Of a DNA stretch of 64,000 bases, positions 37,948 through 48,179 are shown piece by piece (position 1 is the first letter of the stretch; every line of letters starts with the position of its first letter). The notes beneath the pieces were generated by a model. It was not told where the DNA came from. It searched no databases and saw only the letters and a program-made list of their open reading frames with translations. The stretch spans positions 136,972 through 200,971 of the forward strand of contig CALKEP010000001.1 of assembly GCA_938084645.1 (NCBI GenBank), in the 5' to 3' direction. A program made the position numbers and the translations under genes. Origin of the DNA: an uncultured Phycisphaerales bacterium (lineage in GTDB: Bacteria; Planctomycetota; Phycisphaerae; Phycisphaerales; SM1A02).

Positions 37948-39669
37948 ATGCTCGGCTACATAGTGCGCCGCCTGTTCCTGATGATTCCCACCTTGCTTGG
38001 GATCACCTTTCTCGTGTTCATGCTGCTGGCGCTCGCGCCCGGCGGGATCGGCGCAGCGCTGCGTGCCGCGGGTGGCAACGTGGACGCGGACAGCAAGGCG
38101 AGTCTCCAGCTCCTCTACATCGAGGATCGGTACGGACTCGACGATCATCCGGTGGTCCAGTACGGCCGCTGGCTGGCGAGGATCTCGCCGGTCAAGTTCG
38201 GACGTCGGTCGATGCGGAACTACGCGGGCGATCTCGAATTGCCACCGCGAAGCGTCAAGGAACTCCCGATCGGCGCAGACTGGTTCGGTGATGACTACGA
38301 GGTGCCCGGGGATCTCGTCTCCAACGCGGAGGCGCGAAACCTCGCCGTGGCCGACGATGCCGACGCCGCCCGCGTGGCGGCGGTGGTCGCGGCCGAGGCG
38401 GCGGCGAAGCTGCGTCGGTCCGAGGGGCTCGCGGTCGGGCGCGATCCCGCGGCGATCCCGGAGTACAAGGACTCGAACAAGGTCTATCTGCGGGCCCGGG
38501 CCGAGTATCTGATGTCGACCCGATCCCTCGCCAGCGCGATCGCGAACTACGCGGCCGCGGATTCCGATCGGGCGATGGGCGCCGAACGCGACCGCCTGGT
38601 CGGCGAAGGCGTCGACGAGAAGATCGCGTCGAGGATCGCGGCGGAGTCGGTTCGATCGAAGTTCAACGCGGTGGTCGGGGACGGCAACCTGATCGACTAC
38701 CCGGGGCTCGCGAAGATGACCCCGGAGACCACGGTGCCCGAATGGGACACGGTGGTCGACGCCTACCGCGACACGGTCGAGAAGCGGGCCGAGGCGGTGG
38801 CGTCGCTGGCCCGCGTGAACGAGGCCTTCGAGCGCGGCCCGTACCCCCAGGCGGGCGTGGGCGCCGGAGACGTGGTCTCCCTCGACTGGCCCGATTTCGG
38901 AAAGAGTTTCACTCTCGGGCGGCCGGTCCTCGACCTCATCGCCGAAGCGCTTCCGGTGACCCTGCTCCTGAACATCGCCGCCATTCCGATCATCTACCTG
39001 GTCGCGGTCCCGTTCGGCATGCAGGCCGCGGCGCGTCACAATCGCCTCTTCGACAAGATCTCGGGCAGCATCTTCGTGATCTTCTGGTCGATTCCGGTGG
39101 TGTGGGCGGGGGTCCTCGCGATCGGATTCCTCGCGGACGACCAGTACCTCGGGCTCTTCCCGGTATCCGGGCTGCACTCCAACGACGCCGACGACATGGC
39201 GTTCCTGCCGGGTTGGAACGGCGATCGTTTCGAGATCGGCTACATGCTCGACACCGCGTGGCACATGGTGCTTCCGGTGATCTGCCTGGTGTACGGCGGC
39301 TGGGCGGTCCTCGCCAAGCAGACCCGTGCGGCGATGCTCGACACCTACACCATGGACTTCGTTCGGACCGCCCGGGCCAAGGGCGTCTCCGATCACGATG
39401 TGAAGTGGTACCACGTCTTCCGCAACAGCCTGCTTCCGGTCATCACGATCTTCGTGCTGGTCTTCCCCGCGATGCTCGCGGGATCGGTCGTGGTGGAACG
39501 GATCTTCAGCATTCCCGGCATGGGCTCGCTGATCCTCGGGGCGATCTTCAACCTCGATCGCGACGTCATTCTCGCCAACGTGTTCATGATCGCGGTGCTC
39601 AACCTCGTCGCGCTCCTCCTCGCCGACGTCCTCTATGCCGCGGCCGATCCCCGCGTCACCTTCGATTGA
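37948..39669 (+). CDS. Peptide ABC transporter permease DppB/OppB-like with large insertion
   Basis: YIVRRLFLMIPTLLGI, YGLD..VVQYGRWL, DFGKSF, SIPVVW, HMVLPV, DFVRTARAKG, GSVVVERIFSIPGMG. Confidence 0.92.
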   Translation: MLGYIVRRLFLMIPTLLGITFLVFMLLALAPGGIGAALRAAGGNVDADSKASLQLLYIEDRYGLDDHPVVQYGRWLARISPVKFGRRSMRNYAGDLELPPRSVKELPIGADWFGDDYEVPGDLVSNAEARNLAVADDADAARVAAVVAAEAAAKLRRSEGLAVGRDPAAIPEYKDSNKVYLRARAEYLMSTRSLASAIANYAAADSDRAMGAERDRLVGEGVDEKIASRIAAESVRSKFNAVVGDGNLIDYPGLAKMTPETTVPEWDTVVDAYRDTVEKRAEAVASLARVNEAFERGPYPQAGVGAGDVVSLDWPDFGKSFTLGRPVLDLIAEALPVTLLLNIAAIPIIYLVAVPFGMQAAARHNRLFDKISGSIFVIFWSIPVVWAGVLAIGFLADDQYLGLFPVSGLHSNDADDMAFLPGWNGDRFEIGYMLDTAWHMVLPVICLVYGGWAVLAKQTRAAMLDTYTMDFVRTARAKGVSDHDVKWYHVFRNSLLPVITIFVLVFPAMLAGSVVVERIFSIPGMGSLILGAIFNLDRDVILANVFMIAVLNLVALLLADVLYAAADPRVTFD

Positions 39670-39688
39670 TCCGGAAACGCCCCACTCG

Positions 39689-41575
39689 ATGACTTCCTCG
39701 AAGCAAGATTCCGAAAAGACGATCAGCGGCATCGACGTGATGCGGGGGGTCGGTGCGTCGAAGGCGAAGCCCTTCTGGGCCGATGCCTGGAGCCGCGTCG
39801 TGGAACGTCGTGGCGCGCAGTTCGGCCTTCTCTGGATCGGCTTCATCGGATTCTTCGCGATCTTCGCGCCGGTGCTCGCCAACGGGCTCCCGATCTGGAC
39901 CATCCAGCGGGGCGAGGACGGCGAGATCCTCCGTTCCTGGTCGCCGTTGCTCGAGTCCCTGACCTCGACCGACATCCTGCTTCTGATCGGCGGGGTGTTC
40001 GTCCCGATCCTGCTGTTGCTTCCGTTGCGAGCGACGCGACAGTGGCGGCTCGGACTGGTGTGCGCCTTCACGGCGATGGCGGGTTCGGTGGTGGTGTTGA
40101 TCGCGTTCGTGCAGTACCTCATCGCCGACAGCGATGCGGAGGTCCTCTCCGCGTCCTGGCTGCCCTGGACCGTCTCCTTCGCGGTCTCGGCCGCGGTCCT
40201 GCTCTGTCTCTTCTGGCTGGTTCCCGTCCGCGGGGTGTCGGCGAAGTTCGTGGTTTCCGCGATTCTCCTCCTGCTCACCGGCGTCATCTGTGCCGATCGC
40301 TGGGTCCAGCCGGTCGTGACGCCCGAGCGATTCGTCCGTGGCGAGCGGGACGGGACGATGGACAACATCTACACCGTGGTCCCGTGGTCGCCGACCCAGT
40401 CGGAAGCGATCTTCTACTCGCGTCGCCCGACCACCACCGTCTCGAACGCCTACCTGATGGTCGCGGAGGAGCAGGTCGACGACGGCATCGCCTTCTTCAT
40501 CCGTACCGTGGTGTTCAACGTCTCCCCTCGGATCGAGGGGCTCGCCATCAGCACCGACGAGAGGTCGAATCTCGTCGAGTTCGTGGCGTCGGGCGACCGG
40601 GCGATGGAGGCGGCGCTCGTCGCGGCAGGCATGTCGGACGCGTATGTCGCCCGGTTCCTCGAGCTCTCCACCCACCTCCAGGTCTACCGGGCCGGAATCG
40701 ACGAGGGCGATGCGTCGAAGGCGACCGCGGCCGCGGACTCGGCCATCGCGATCGTCACCGACATCGAGGCGGCGAGTCGGAACTCGAAGATCATGATCGT
40801 GGATGCGAGCGAGGAGCTTCGCGACAAGGTCGGGGAGCGGATCGGATTCGTGCAGGATGCCGAAGCCCGGTCCGACGATTCCTACGGACGCCGGGACTTC
40901 CATCTCGGAACGGATCCCATCGGCCGGGACGTCCTGACCCAGATGATGCACGCCTGTCGCCTCTCGATCTCGATCGGCCTGGTCTCCACCGGGATCTCGG
41001 TGGTCATCGGAATCGTGATCGGCTCCCTGATGGGCTACTTCGGTGGCTGGGTCGACCTGGTGCTTTCGCGGGTCGTCGAGATCTTCATGGCGATTCCGGT
41101 GCTCTTCCTGCTCATCGTCGCCGCGTCGGCGCTGCCGCGGAACACCTACGTGATGATGGCGATCATCGGATGCGTGACCTGGACGGGTTCGGCCCGATTC
41201 ATCCGCGCCGAGTTCCTCAAGCTTCGAAACCAGGACTTCGTGCAGAGCTGTCGGGCGGTCGGATTGCCGCTCCATTCGACGCTCTTCCGGCACATGCTTC
41301 CCAACGGCATCACCCCGGTGCTCGTCCAGGCCTCCTTCGGCATCGCGGCGGCGATCATCGCCGAGGCGACCCTGAGCTACCTCGGACTCGGTCCCTACGG
41401 GCAGTCCTCGTGGGGCAAGCTGCTGTCGCTCACCACCGGTGAGACCGGTGTCTTCCTCTGGTGGATGGCGGTGTTTCCCGGGGTCGCGATCTTCCTGACG
41501 GTGCTGGCGTACAACGTGCTCGGGGAGAACTTCCGCGACGCGATCGATCCGAAGATGCGGAAGGCGGCCCACTGA
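39689..41575 (+). CDS. Peptide ABC transporter permease DppC/OppC-like (copy 2) with extra TM segments and insertion
   Basis: [54 protein letters not shown]. Confidence 0.9.
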   Translation: MTSSKQDSEKTISGIDVMRGVGASKAKPFWADAWSRVVERRGAQFGLLWIGFIGFFAIFAPVLANGLPIWTIQRGEDGEILRSWSPLLESLTSTDILLLIGGVFVPILLLLPLRATRQWRLGLVCAFTAMAGSVVVLIAFVQYLIADSDAEVLSASWLPWTVSFAVSAAVLLCLFWLVPVRGVSAKFVVSAILLLLTGVICADRWVQPVVTPERFVRGERDGTMDNIYTVVPWSPTQSEAIFYSRRPTTTVSNAYLMVAEEQVDDGIAFFIRTVVFNVSPRIEGLAISTDERSNLVEFVASGDRAMEAALVAAGMSDAYVARFLELSTHLQVYRAGIDEGDASKATAAADSAIAIVTDIEAASRNSKIMIVDASEELRDKVGERIGFVQDAEARSDDSYGRRDFHLGTDPIGRDVLTQMMHACRLSISIGLVSTGISVVIGIVIGSLMGYFGGWVDLVLSRVVEIFMAIPVLFLLIVAASALPRNTYVMMAIIGCVTWTGSARFIRAEFLKLRNQDFVQSCRAVGLPLHSTLFRHMLPNGITPVLVQASFGIAAAIIAEATLSYLGLGPYGQSSWGKLLSLTTGETGVFLWWMAVFPGVAIFLTVLAYNVLGENFRDAIDPKMRKAAH

Positions 41576-42663
41576 TGTCCGAGGACAAGAAAGCCGGAGC
41601 GCCGTTGCTCGAGGTCCGGGATCTCGCGGTGAGCTTCCAGAACAGCTCCGATCCCGCGGGTCCGAGGATCCAGGCCGTCGCGGGCGTCAGCATGACCATC
41701 CACCCGCGGCAGACGCTGGCGGTGGTGGGGGAGTCCGGTTGCGGCAAGAGCGTCACGGCGATGAGTTCCATGCAGCTCATTCCGAGGCCGCCCGGTCGTT
41801 TCGATCGTGGCAGCATCCGTTACAAGGGCGAGGACGTCCTGCAGTACGACGAGAAGAAGATGCTGGGGATCCGCGGCAAGGACATCGCGATGATCTTCCA
41901 GGAGCCGATGACCAGCCTGAACCCGGTCTACACCATCGGCGACCAGATCATGGAGGCGGTGCTCCTTCACCAGAAGGTCGATCGCTCGCAGGCGGCCGAC
42001 ATCGCGGTCAAGGCGATGGACGACGTCGGGATTCCGAATCCGCAGGCGCGGCTCAACGACTACCCGCACCAGTTCTCCGGTGGCATGCGACAGCGGGTGA
42101 TGATCGCGATGGCCCTCGCCTGCGATCCGACCCTGCTGCTCGCGGACGAACCGACCACCGCGCTCGACGTCACGATCCAGGCCCAGATCCTCGAACTGCT
42201 TCGCAATCTGCAGCGGACCAAGGAGATGGGGATCATGTTGATCACCCACAACCTCGGCGTCGTCGCGGAGAACGCCGACGTGGTCTGCGTGATGTACGCC
42301 GGGCGGGTCGTCGAGTACGCCAAGGTCTACGATCTCTTCGATCGTCCGCTGCATCCATACACCCGCGGGCTCTTCAATTCGATCCCGCGACTCGGGGAGG
42401 TGAAGCACCGTCTCACCACCGTGGAAGAGGTGGTGGGCGATGCGGAGCAGTTCAAGGTGCTGCCCGGATTCGAGAAGGGGATCATTCCCTGGTGGCCCGA
42501 TCCGCCCGAAGACACCATGCCCGAGCTCGTCCCGGGTCGCGACGAGTACGTGCTCTACGAGATCGAACCCGATCGCTGGGTCGGCTGCTTCCGATCCCCG
42601 TATCTCGAGGATCACGTCTGCCGCCCGCCCGACCTCGATTACCGCAAGGACGATCTCGCCTGA
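41575..42663 (+). CDS. Peptide ABC transporter ATP-binding protein DppD/OppD-like
   Basis: [53 protein letters not shown] coupling. Confidence 0.95.
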   Translation: MSEDKKAGAPLLEVRDLAVSFQNSSDPAGPRIQAVAGVSMTIHPRQTLAVVGESGCGKSVTAMSSMQLIPRPPGRFDRGSIRYKGEDVLQYDEKKMLGIRGKDIAMIFQEPMTSLNPVYTIGDQIMEAVLLHQKVDRSQAADIAVKAMDDVGIPNPQARLNDYPHQFSGGMRQRVMIAMALACDPTLLLADEPTTALDVTIQAQILELLRNLQRTKEMGIMLITHNLGVVAENADVVCVMYAGRVVEYAKVYDLFDRPLHPYTRGLFNSIPRLGEVKHRLTTVEEVVGDAEQFKVLPGFEKGIIPWWPDPPEDTMPELVPGRDEYVLYEIEPDRWVGCFRSPYLEDHVCRPPDLDYRKDDLA

Positions 42664-42724
42664 TCGGGTGGATCGTTCCGGCTCTCGTACACCATCCCGC
42701 AACCGTCAACCGGAGGCTCGCGCC

Positions 42725-43210
42725 ATGTCCCTGATCGAAGTCGGTAGGAAGGCTCCCGCATTCACCCTCCCCGATCAGGATGGTGAAAAGCACGCGCTCA
42801 AGGATCTCGCCGGCTCGCCGGTGATCCTCTTCTTCTATCCGAAGGACGACACGTCCGGCTGCACCAAGGAAGCGTGCCAGTTCCGGGATCAGCTTCCCGA
42901 CTTCAAGAAGGTGAAGGCACGGGTGTTCGGGATCAGTCCCGACTCGGTCGAGAGCCACCGGAAGTTCGTCGACAAGCACGACCTGAACTTCACGCTGCTC
43001 GCGGACGCGGCCCGGGATGCCGACGAGAACCCGAAGACCTGCCTGAAGTACGGGGTCTGGCAGGAGAAGTCGATGTACGGCCGGAAGTACATGGGCGTCG
43101 TCCGCACCACTTATCTCATCGGCCCCGACGGCAAGGTCGCGGAACGCTGGGACAAGGTGAAGGTCCCGGGGCACGCCGACGCGGTGCTCGAGGCGGTCCG
43201 AGGGCTCTGA
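42725..43210 (+). CDS. bcp: Peroxiredoxin Bcp/PrxQ
   Basis: FYPKDDTSGCTKEACQFRD, GISPDS, EKSMYGRKYMGVVRTT. Confidence 0.95.
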   Translation: MSLIEVGRKAPAFTLPDQDGEKHALKDLAGSPVILFFYPKDDTSGCTKEACQFRDQLPDFKKVKARVFGISPDSVESHRKFVDKHDLNFTLLADAARDADENPKTCLKYGVWQEKSMYGRKYMGVVRTTYLIGPDGKVAERWDKVKVPGHADAVLEAVRGL

Positions 43211-43237
43211 GCGGCGTCCGCCGGCTTCACGGCCCGC

Positions 43238-43699
43238 TCACCGCAGGCCGCCGAAGACGAACGCGAGGGCGGTGATCATCAGGAAGATCCCGACCAGCAG
43301 CCAGGCCGAGCCGAGGACGAATTGAAGAATTCGACCCGGCGTGAACCAGTCCCGTCTTCGAGGTCGTTGAAACCGTGGCATCGCCGCGCTGGCGAGGCCG
43401 CATTCGGGGCAGGTCGCGTTCCATGGGAGATTCGCGAGCAGGTGGCCGCACCCCCGGCAGCTCGGTCGGTCCGGATCGACCGCCCGGCCCGGGCCGGTGA
43501 GTCCCACCGCGGTTCCGCACTCGGGACAAGCGGTGCCTTTGCGGAGTCGGCGAAGGTCGTATCCACAATGCCGGCATGAAGTCGTCGTCATCCGCGGCGA
43601 ACGTCGCCCTCGGATCACGCCGGCGATCACCGGCACGGCGATGAAGAAGCCCACCAGAAGCAGCATCACCAGCATCGACAGATCGTGTTGGTTGAACAC
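43238..43699 (-). CDS. Small membrane protein with two tandem CxxC..CPECG zinc-ribbon motifs
   Basis: TM - CRHCGYDL..CPECG - CRGCGHLL..CPECG - TM. Confidence 0.75.
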   Translation of the reverse strand: MFNQHDLSMLVMLLLVGFFIAVPVIAGVIRGRRSPRMTTTSCRHCGYDLRRLRKGTACPECGTAVGLTGPGRAVDPDRPSCRGCGHLLANLPWNATCPECGLASAAMPRFQRPRRRDWFTPGRILQFVLGSAWLLVGIFLMITALAFVFGGLR

Positions 43700-43891
43700 C
43701 TGGCGTCTCCGATGATGGCCCCCGGCTCACCCCGATCCAATGGTATCTCCGCACCCTCGGTTCGCGGCAGCCTCCGATCCGGGCACGTGGTGTATCACGC
43801 ATCGGCGGGGCCACCGTGCCAGGCAACCTGAAAGGGCCGGTCGTGTCCCGGAGGTCCATGGGGCGATCGGCGGGGACGATATCCTGTCGAC

Positions 43892-44335
43892 ATGTCCCAG
43901 CCCCTGCTCCGGTTCAAACGACTCGATCCCCGAGCGGTCCTCCCCGCCTACCAGTCCGAGCAGGCGGCCGGTCTCGATCTGTGTGCCGTCCTCGACGCCC
44001 CCGTCGAGATCTCCGCAGGTGGGATCCTGATGGTTCCCTGCGGTTTCGCGATGGCGATCCCCGCGGGCTGGGAGGCTCAGGTCCGGCCTCGGAGCGGCCT
44101 CGCGAGCAGGCATGGGATCTCCATGCCCAATTCTCCCGGGACCATCGACGCGGACTACCGCGGCGAGGTGAAGGTTCCGTTGATCAATCTCGGAAAATCC
44201 TCCTTCACGGTCGAGCCGGGCATGCGGATCGCCCAGATGGTGATCGCACCCGTGGCCAGGGTCGTGATCGAGGAGGTCGAGGAACTCGACGATACGAACC
44301 GGGGCGCGGGTGGATTCGGCTCGACCGGCCGGTAG
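43892..44335 (+). CDS. dut: dUTP diphosphatase
   Basis: [41 protein letters not shown]. Confidence 0.97.
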   Translation: MSQPLLRFKRLDPRAVLPAYQSEQAAGLDLCAVLDAPVEISAGGILMVPCGFAMAIPAGWEAQVRPRSGLASRHGISMPNSPGTIDADYRGEVKVPLINLGKSSFTVEPGMRIAQMVIAPVARVVIEEVEELDDTNRGAGGFGSTGR

Positions 44336-44364
44336 CTTCCGCCGATCTCTTCTAGAATCCCGGG

Positions 44365-45555
44365 ATGACCTCGACCACCAATGTCGCTGTTCCGCTGCTC
44401 GATCTGAAGGCCCAGTACGAGACCATCCGGTCGGAGATCGAGCCGGCGGTCCAGGAGGTGCTGGAGAGTCAGGTGTTCATCGGTGGGCCGAAGGTGGCCG
44501 AGTTCGAGTGCCGCTGCGCGGGCTATCTGAACGTGCCCTTCACGGTCGGGAATTCCAGTGGTTCGGATGCCCTGATCCTCGCGCTCGATGCCCTCGGCAT
44601 CGGGCCGGGCGACGAGGTGATCCTGCCCACCTACACCTTCTTCTCCACCGCAGGCAGTGTCTCCCGGGTCGGTGCGACACCGGTCTTCGTCGACATCGAT
44701 CCGACCACGTACCAGATCGATCCGGATTCGATTCGTCGGGTCCTCGAAGGACGAGCGCCCGGCGCGGTGAAGGCGTTGATGCCCGTGCATCTCTTCGGGC
44801 AGGCGGCCGATCTCGATGCGGTGATGGCGATCGCGGAAGAGCACGGGCTTCGGGTGATCGAGGACGCGGCTCAGGCCTTCGGAACGGAGGACGTCCACGG
44901 ACGCCGCGTCGGATCGGTGGGTGACATCGGCACCTTCAGCTTCTTCCCCAGCAAGAACCTCGGCGGCTTCGGTGACGGCGGACTCTGCACCACCGGGGAC
45001 GAGGAACTGTCCGAAAGGATGATCCGGTTCCGCAACCACGGCATGAAGCCGAAGTACTTCCACCACGACGTCGGATTGAACGCCCGGCTCGACGCGCTGC
45101 AGGCGGCGATCCTGCTCGTGAAGATCGAGCACCTCGATGCCTGGTCCGCCGGCCGCCAGGCGAATGCGAGCTGGTACGACGAGGCTTTCGCAGCCGCCGG
45201 CGCCGCGACCAGCGCCGTCTCCCTCGACGAGGGCGGGCTTCCGCTTCGAACCCCGGAACCGGCGCCGACGGGGGCGCGTCACATCTACAACCAGTACGTG
45301 CTGCGGGTGCCCGGATCGCATCGCGATGCGATTCGCGAGACGCTCAAGGGTGCGGGGATCGGCAACGAGGTCTACTACCCCCGATGCCTGCACGAGCAGG
45401 ACTGCTACCGGGACATCGGGCATCAGGCGGGCGACTTCCCGCATGCGGAGCGGGCCAGCCGCGAGACGATCGCGATTCCGATCTTCCCGGAGCTGTCCGA
45501 GACGCAGCGGCAGCACGTGGTCGACACCGTGCTCGACGCGGTTCGCGCGATCTGA
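44365..45555 (+). CDS. DegT/DnrJ/EryC1/StrS PLP-dependent sugar aminotransferase
   Basis: VPLLDLKAQY, PVHLFGQ, EDAAQA, SFFPSKNLG.FGDGG, NARLDALQAA. Confidence 0.94.
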   Translation: MTSTTNVAVPLLDLKAQYETIRSEIEPAVQEVLESQVFIGGPKVAEFECRCAGYLNVPFTVGNSSGSDALILALDALGIGPGDEVILPTYTFFSTAGSVSRVGATPVFVDIDPTTYQIDPDSIRRVLEGRAPGAVKALMPVHLFGQAADLDAVMAIAEEHGLRVIEDAAQAFGTEDVHGRRVGSVGDIGTFSFFPSKNLGGFGDGGLCTTGDEELSERMIRFRNHGMKPKYFHHDVGLNARLDALQAAILLVKIEHLDAWSAGRQANASWYDEAFAAAGAATSAVSLDEGGLPLRTPEPAPTGARHIYNQYVLRVPGSHRDAIRETLKGAGIGNEVYYPRCLHEQDCYRDIGHQAGDFPHAERASRETIAIPIFPELSETQRQHVVDTVLDAVRAI

Positions 45556-45570
45556 CTCGAGCGGCCCTGC

Positions 45571-46260
45571 TCAGATCATGCCGTCGAAGGACGTGAGGCC
45601 GAGCGGTTCGATCACGCGGAACGCCTCCGCGGTCTCCACGCCGATCCGACTGCCCAGGAAGGTCGCCTGCGCATCCAGCCAGTCGACGATCCGGCGATTC
45701 CCCTCGTGGGCCTTGAACTGACTCGCGTACGCGAGGACCGCGTCGCGCTTGCGGTCGTGGAATCCGGTGGTGTCGACCAGGAACGAGGGATCCGGAATCG
45801 TCTTCAGGTGCGTGCAGAAGTAGTAGATGATCCGACTCGGGTGGCGGGGGGCACCCGGGATGTCGGTCTTGGTCAGTTTCGAGTCGAACCGCGCGTCCTC
45901 CACGATCCGGGTGGCGGCGCGGTGGTCGGGATGCGCGTCGACCGGGTCGGGGCAGAAGATCCAGTCGATCTCCCGGGTGCGGATCACCCCCGCGACCGCA
46001 TGACGACACGCGACCGAGTGCACCACCTCGCGATTCACGAAGCCGTGTTCCCGCCCCAGCATGATCCGTTCGACCCCGAGGATCGAGGCGGCGGCAGCGC
46101 TCTCCTCGGCGCGAATCGCCGGTGAGCCGTGCGGGGTGGGTTCGCCGTCCGTCAGATCGAGGAGCGTGACGCGATGGCCGGCGTCGACCAGCTTCGCGAT
46201 CGTTCCGCCCATTCCGAGTTCCTGGTCGTCCGGATGCGGACCGACGACGAGCATGTTCAC
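45571..46260 (-). CDS. bshB1: PIG-L/LmbE family N-acetylhexosamine deacetylase, BshB1-like
   Basis: PHPDDQELGMGGT, DLTDGE, DAHPDH, SQF, AEAF; GTGA overlap with the upstream gene. Family is secure, exact orthology less so. Confidence 0.8.
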   Translation of the reverse strand: MNMLVVGPHPDDQELGMGGTIAKLVDAGHRVTLLDLTDGEPTPHGSPAIRAEESAAAASILGVERIMLGREHGFVNREVVHSVACRHAVAGVIRTREIDWIFCPDPVDAHPDHRAATRIVEDARFDSKLTKTDIPGAPRHPSRIIYYFCTHLKTIPDPSFLVDTTGFHDRKRDAVLAYASQFKAHEGNRRIVDWLDAQATFLGSRIGVETAEAFRVIEPLGLTSFDGMI

Positions 46261-48179
46261 GGTCGAATCTCCTTGCCGGCGGGAACGCCGGGCTTCAATG
46301 CAGCGAGCAGGCCCTCGCATGCCCGCGCCACGGCACGGGCGAGCCGATCTCGCTTCTCCATGCCGTCCGGATCGTCCAGGTCCGGATGGGCTCGGATCGC
46401 CACGAGTTCGGCCATGCCGATGCATGCGGCGGCGAGCTGGATCCGATGGGGCACGCCCCACGCGGACGGTTCCGGCGGGATCGCCGCCGCCGCGATCGTA
46501 GCGACCCCGCCACCGGGCAGGGTCGCCGTCGTGTCCCGGGTGCGTCGGGCGATGACGGCCGCGAGTCGGACCGGCGGCCCCTGCGATTCCAAGGTCGCGA
46601 GTTCACGCTCGAAACGGTCGGAGTCGCCGGCGATCCCGCTTCCCACCGCGAGGCGAACCCCGGGCAGCAGGGTTCGGTTGCTCCATCCGAGCGTCGTCGC
46701 ATCCACGTACCAGCCTCCCCATCGATCACACCGCTCGAGATCGAGAATCGGAACGTCGTCGGTCGGAACGAACGAGACGAGATGCTCGAGAAGCGTTCCC
46801 AGTCGTGCCATGCGATCCATGGCGTCGAACGCGGGGCCCTCGATGTCGCCCTTCGTGACGGCATCGACCCAGGCTCGACGCGTCGTCGCCACGGCATCCG
46901 ACAATTCGAGGGTTCGGCCACCGATGAGTTCGATCGTCGGGGCGTCGGGGTCGCGGAGTCGGGACTCGAAATCGACCATCTCGTACCGATCGAGTTCACC
47001 GGTGATCCGGTCGATCCAGGCGAGCGTTCGATCCCGTTCGCGGGGGCTGTTCAGCATCCTGCCGCGGGATGCGACGAGGCGTTCGGCCTTTCGCGTCGCC
47101 GCGGGGTGCATGCTCGCGAGACCGACCGCGATCGCATCGAGGCGCCGAACGGCCCGAAGCGTCCGGGCGACGGTGCGGATCGCGACGACATCCTCTTCAC
47201 GCAGGCTCGGCGACGCAGGGGCTTCCGACGTCTCCAGCGTGCGTTGCAGTTGCTGCAGGGCGGTGCGCGATCGAACGATCGCATCTCGCCGCACCGAACG
47301 CAACGTCGACGTCGCGAGCGGGGACTCCTCGACCCGGGCGTCCTGCAGGCAGTCGAGGACATCGGCGACGCGTCCCCAGGTTGCGACGGACACGGGGTCG
47401 TCCGCATCGAACGGAGTCGTGGCGAGCACCCGATCGAGCATCTTCACATCGAACGCCGCCGCGTGGACGCGCTGCGCCTCGAGCATCGTCATCACCCGGG
47501 CGTCGATCGGGGAGGTCTGTGCATTCCTCGTCGCCGGGAGGTCCGTCTGGATGCTTTCGGATTCGATCGGCCATCGACTCTGCAGCGGACGCCCGGTCAA
47601 CACGCTGAAGACGTCCCGCAAGGGGGCCAGAATCGTCGCGAGCGTGCCATCGAGGCCCTCCACCGTGCCGGTATCCGACCGCCGAAGGAGATCCAGACCG
47701 GTTCGATTGAACGCATCGAGGCGTTCGATCGCCGCGACGCGCTCGGTCTCCGGAAGCACGCGTGGTGGTTCCCCGACCAGGGTGCCGGGCCGGGCGAGGG
47801 ATCCGAGGAGTCGGTCGATCGATCGCATGGTGGCGTCGAGCCGGATCGCGTGGAATCCAGCGAGGGTGCCGGCATCTCCGCGTTCCCGCCCCAGCATGGC
47901 GAGCTCGACGGTGATCCGTCGAACGCCGCGACGGGCGTCGTGGACGATGCGCTGATCGGATCCCGACGGTGGCGCGGTCGCCAGTTCGCGTGATCGCCGA
48001 TCGATCACGTCATCGAGCATGAGCGTCGTCTCGCCGATGGCCGCCGATCGGGTGAGCGGTCGGACCGCGACCGGATCGACGTTCTGGACCGGCGTCTGGA
48101 ACAAGGAATCGGCGAATCCCACCGGTGCGGGAAGGACCATCGCGAACCCCAGCACGGCACCGACGATGCGATGCTTCAT
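46257..48179 (-). CDS. Hypothetical secreted helical protein (640 aa)
   Basis: Signal peptide MKHRIVGAVLGFAMVLPAPVGFA; 4-nt overlaps with genes on both sides. Confidence 0.72.
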   Translation of the reverse strand: MKHRIVGAVLGFAMVLPAPVGFADSLFQTPVQNVDPVAVRPLTRSAAIGETTLMLDDVIDRRSRELATAPPSGSDQRIVHDARRGVRRITVELAMLGRERGDAGTLAGFHAIRLDATMRSIDRLLGSLARPGTLVGEPPRVLPETERVAAIERLDAFNRTGLDLLRRSDTGTVEGLDGTLATILAPLRDVFSVLTGRPLQSRWPIESESIQTDLPATRNAQTSPIDARVMTMLEAQRVHAAAFDVKMLDRVLATTPFDADDPVSVATWGRVADVLDCLQDARVEESPLATSTLRSVRRDAIVRSRTALQQLQRTLETSEAPASPSLREEDVVAIRTVARTLRAVRRLDAIAVGLASMHPAATRKAERLVASRGRMLNSPRERDRTLAWIDRITGELDRYEMVDFESRLRDPDAPTIELIGGRTLELSDAVATTRRAWVDAVTKGDIEGPAFDAMDRMARLGTLLEHLVSFVPTDDVPILDLERCDRWGGWYVDATTLGWSNRTLLPGVRLAVGSGIAGDSDRFERELATLESQGPPVRLAAVIARRTRDTTATLPGGGVATIAAAAIPPEPSAWGVPHRIQLAAACIGMAELVAIRAHPDLDDPDGMEKRDRLARAVARACEGLLAALKPGVPAGKEIRP

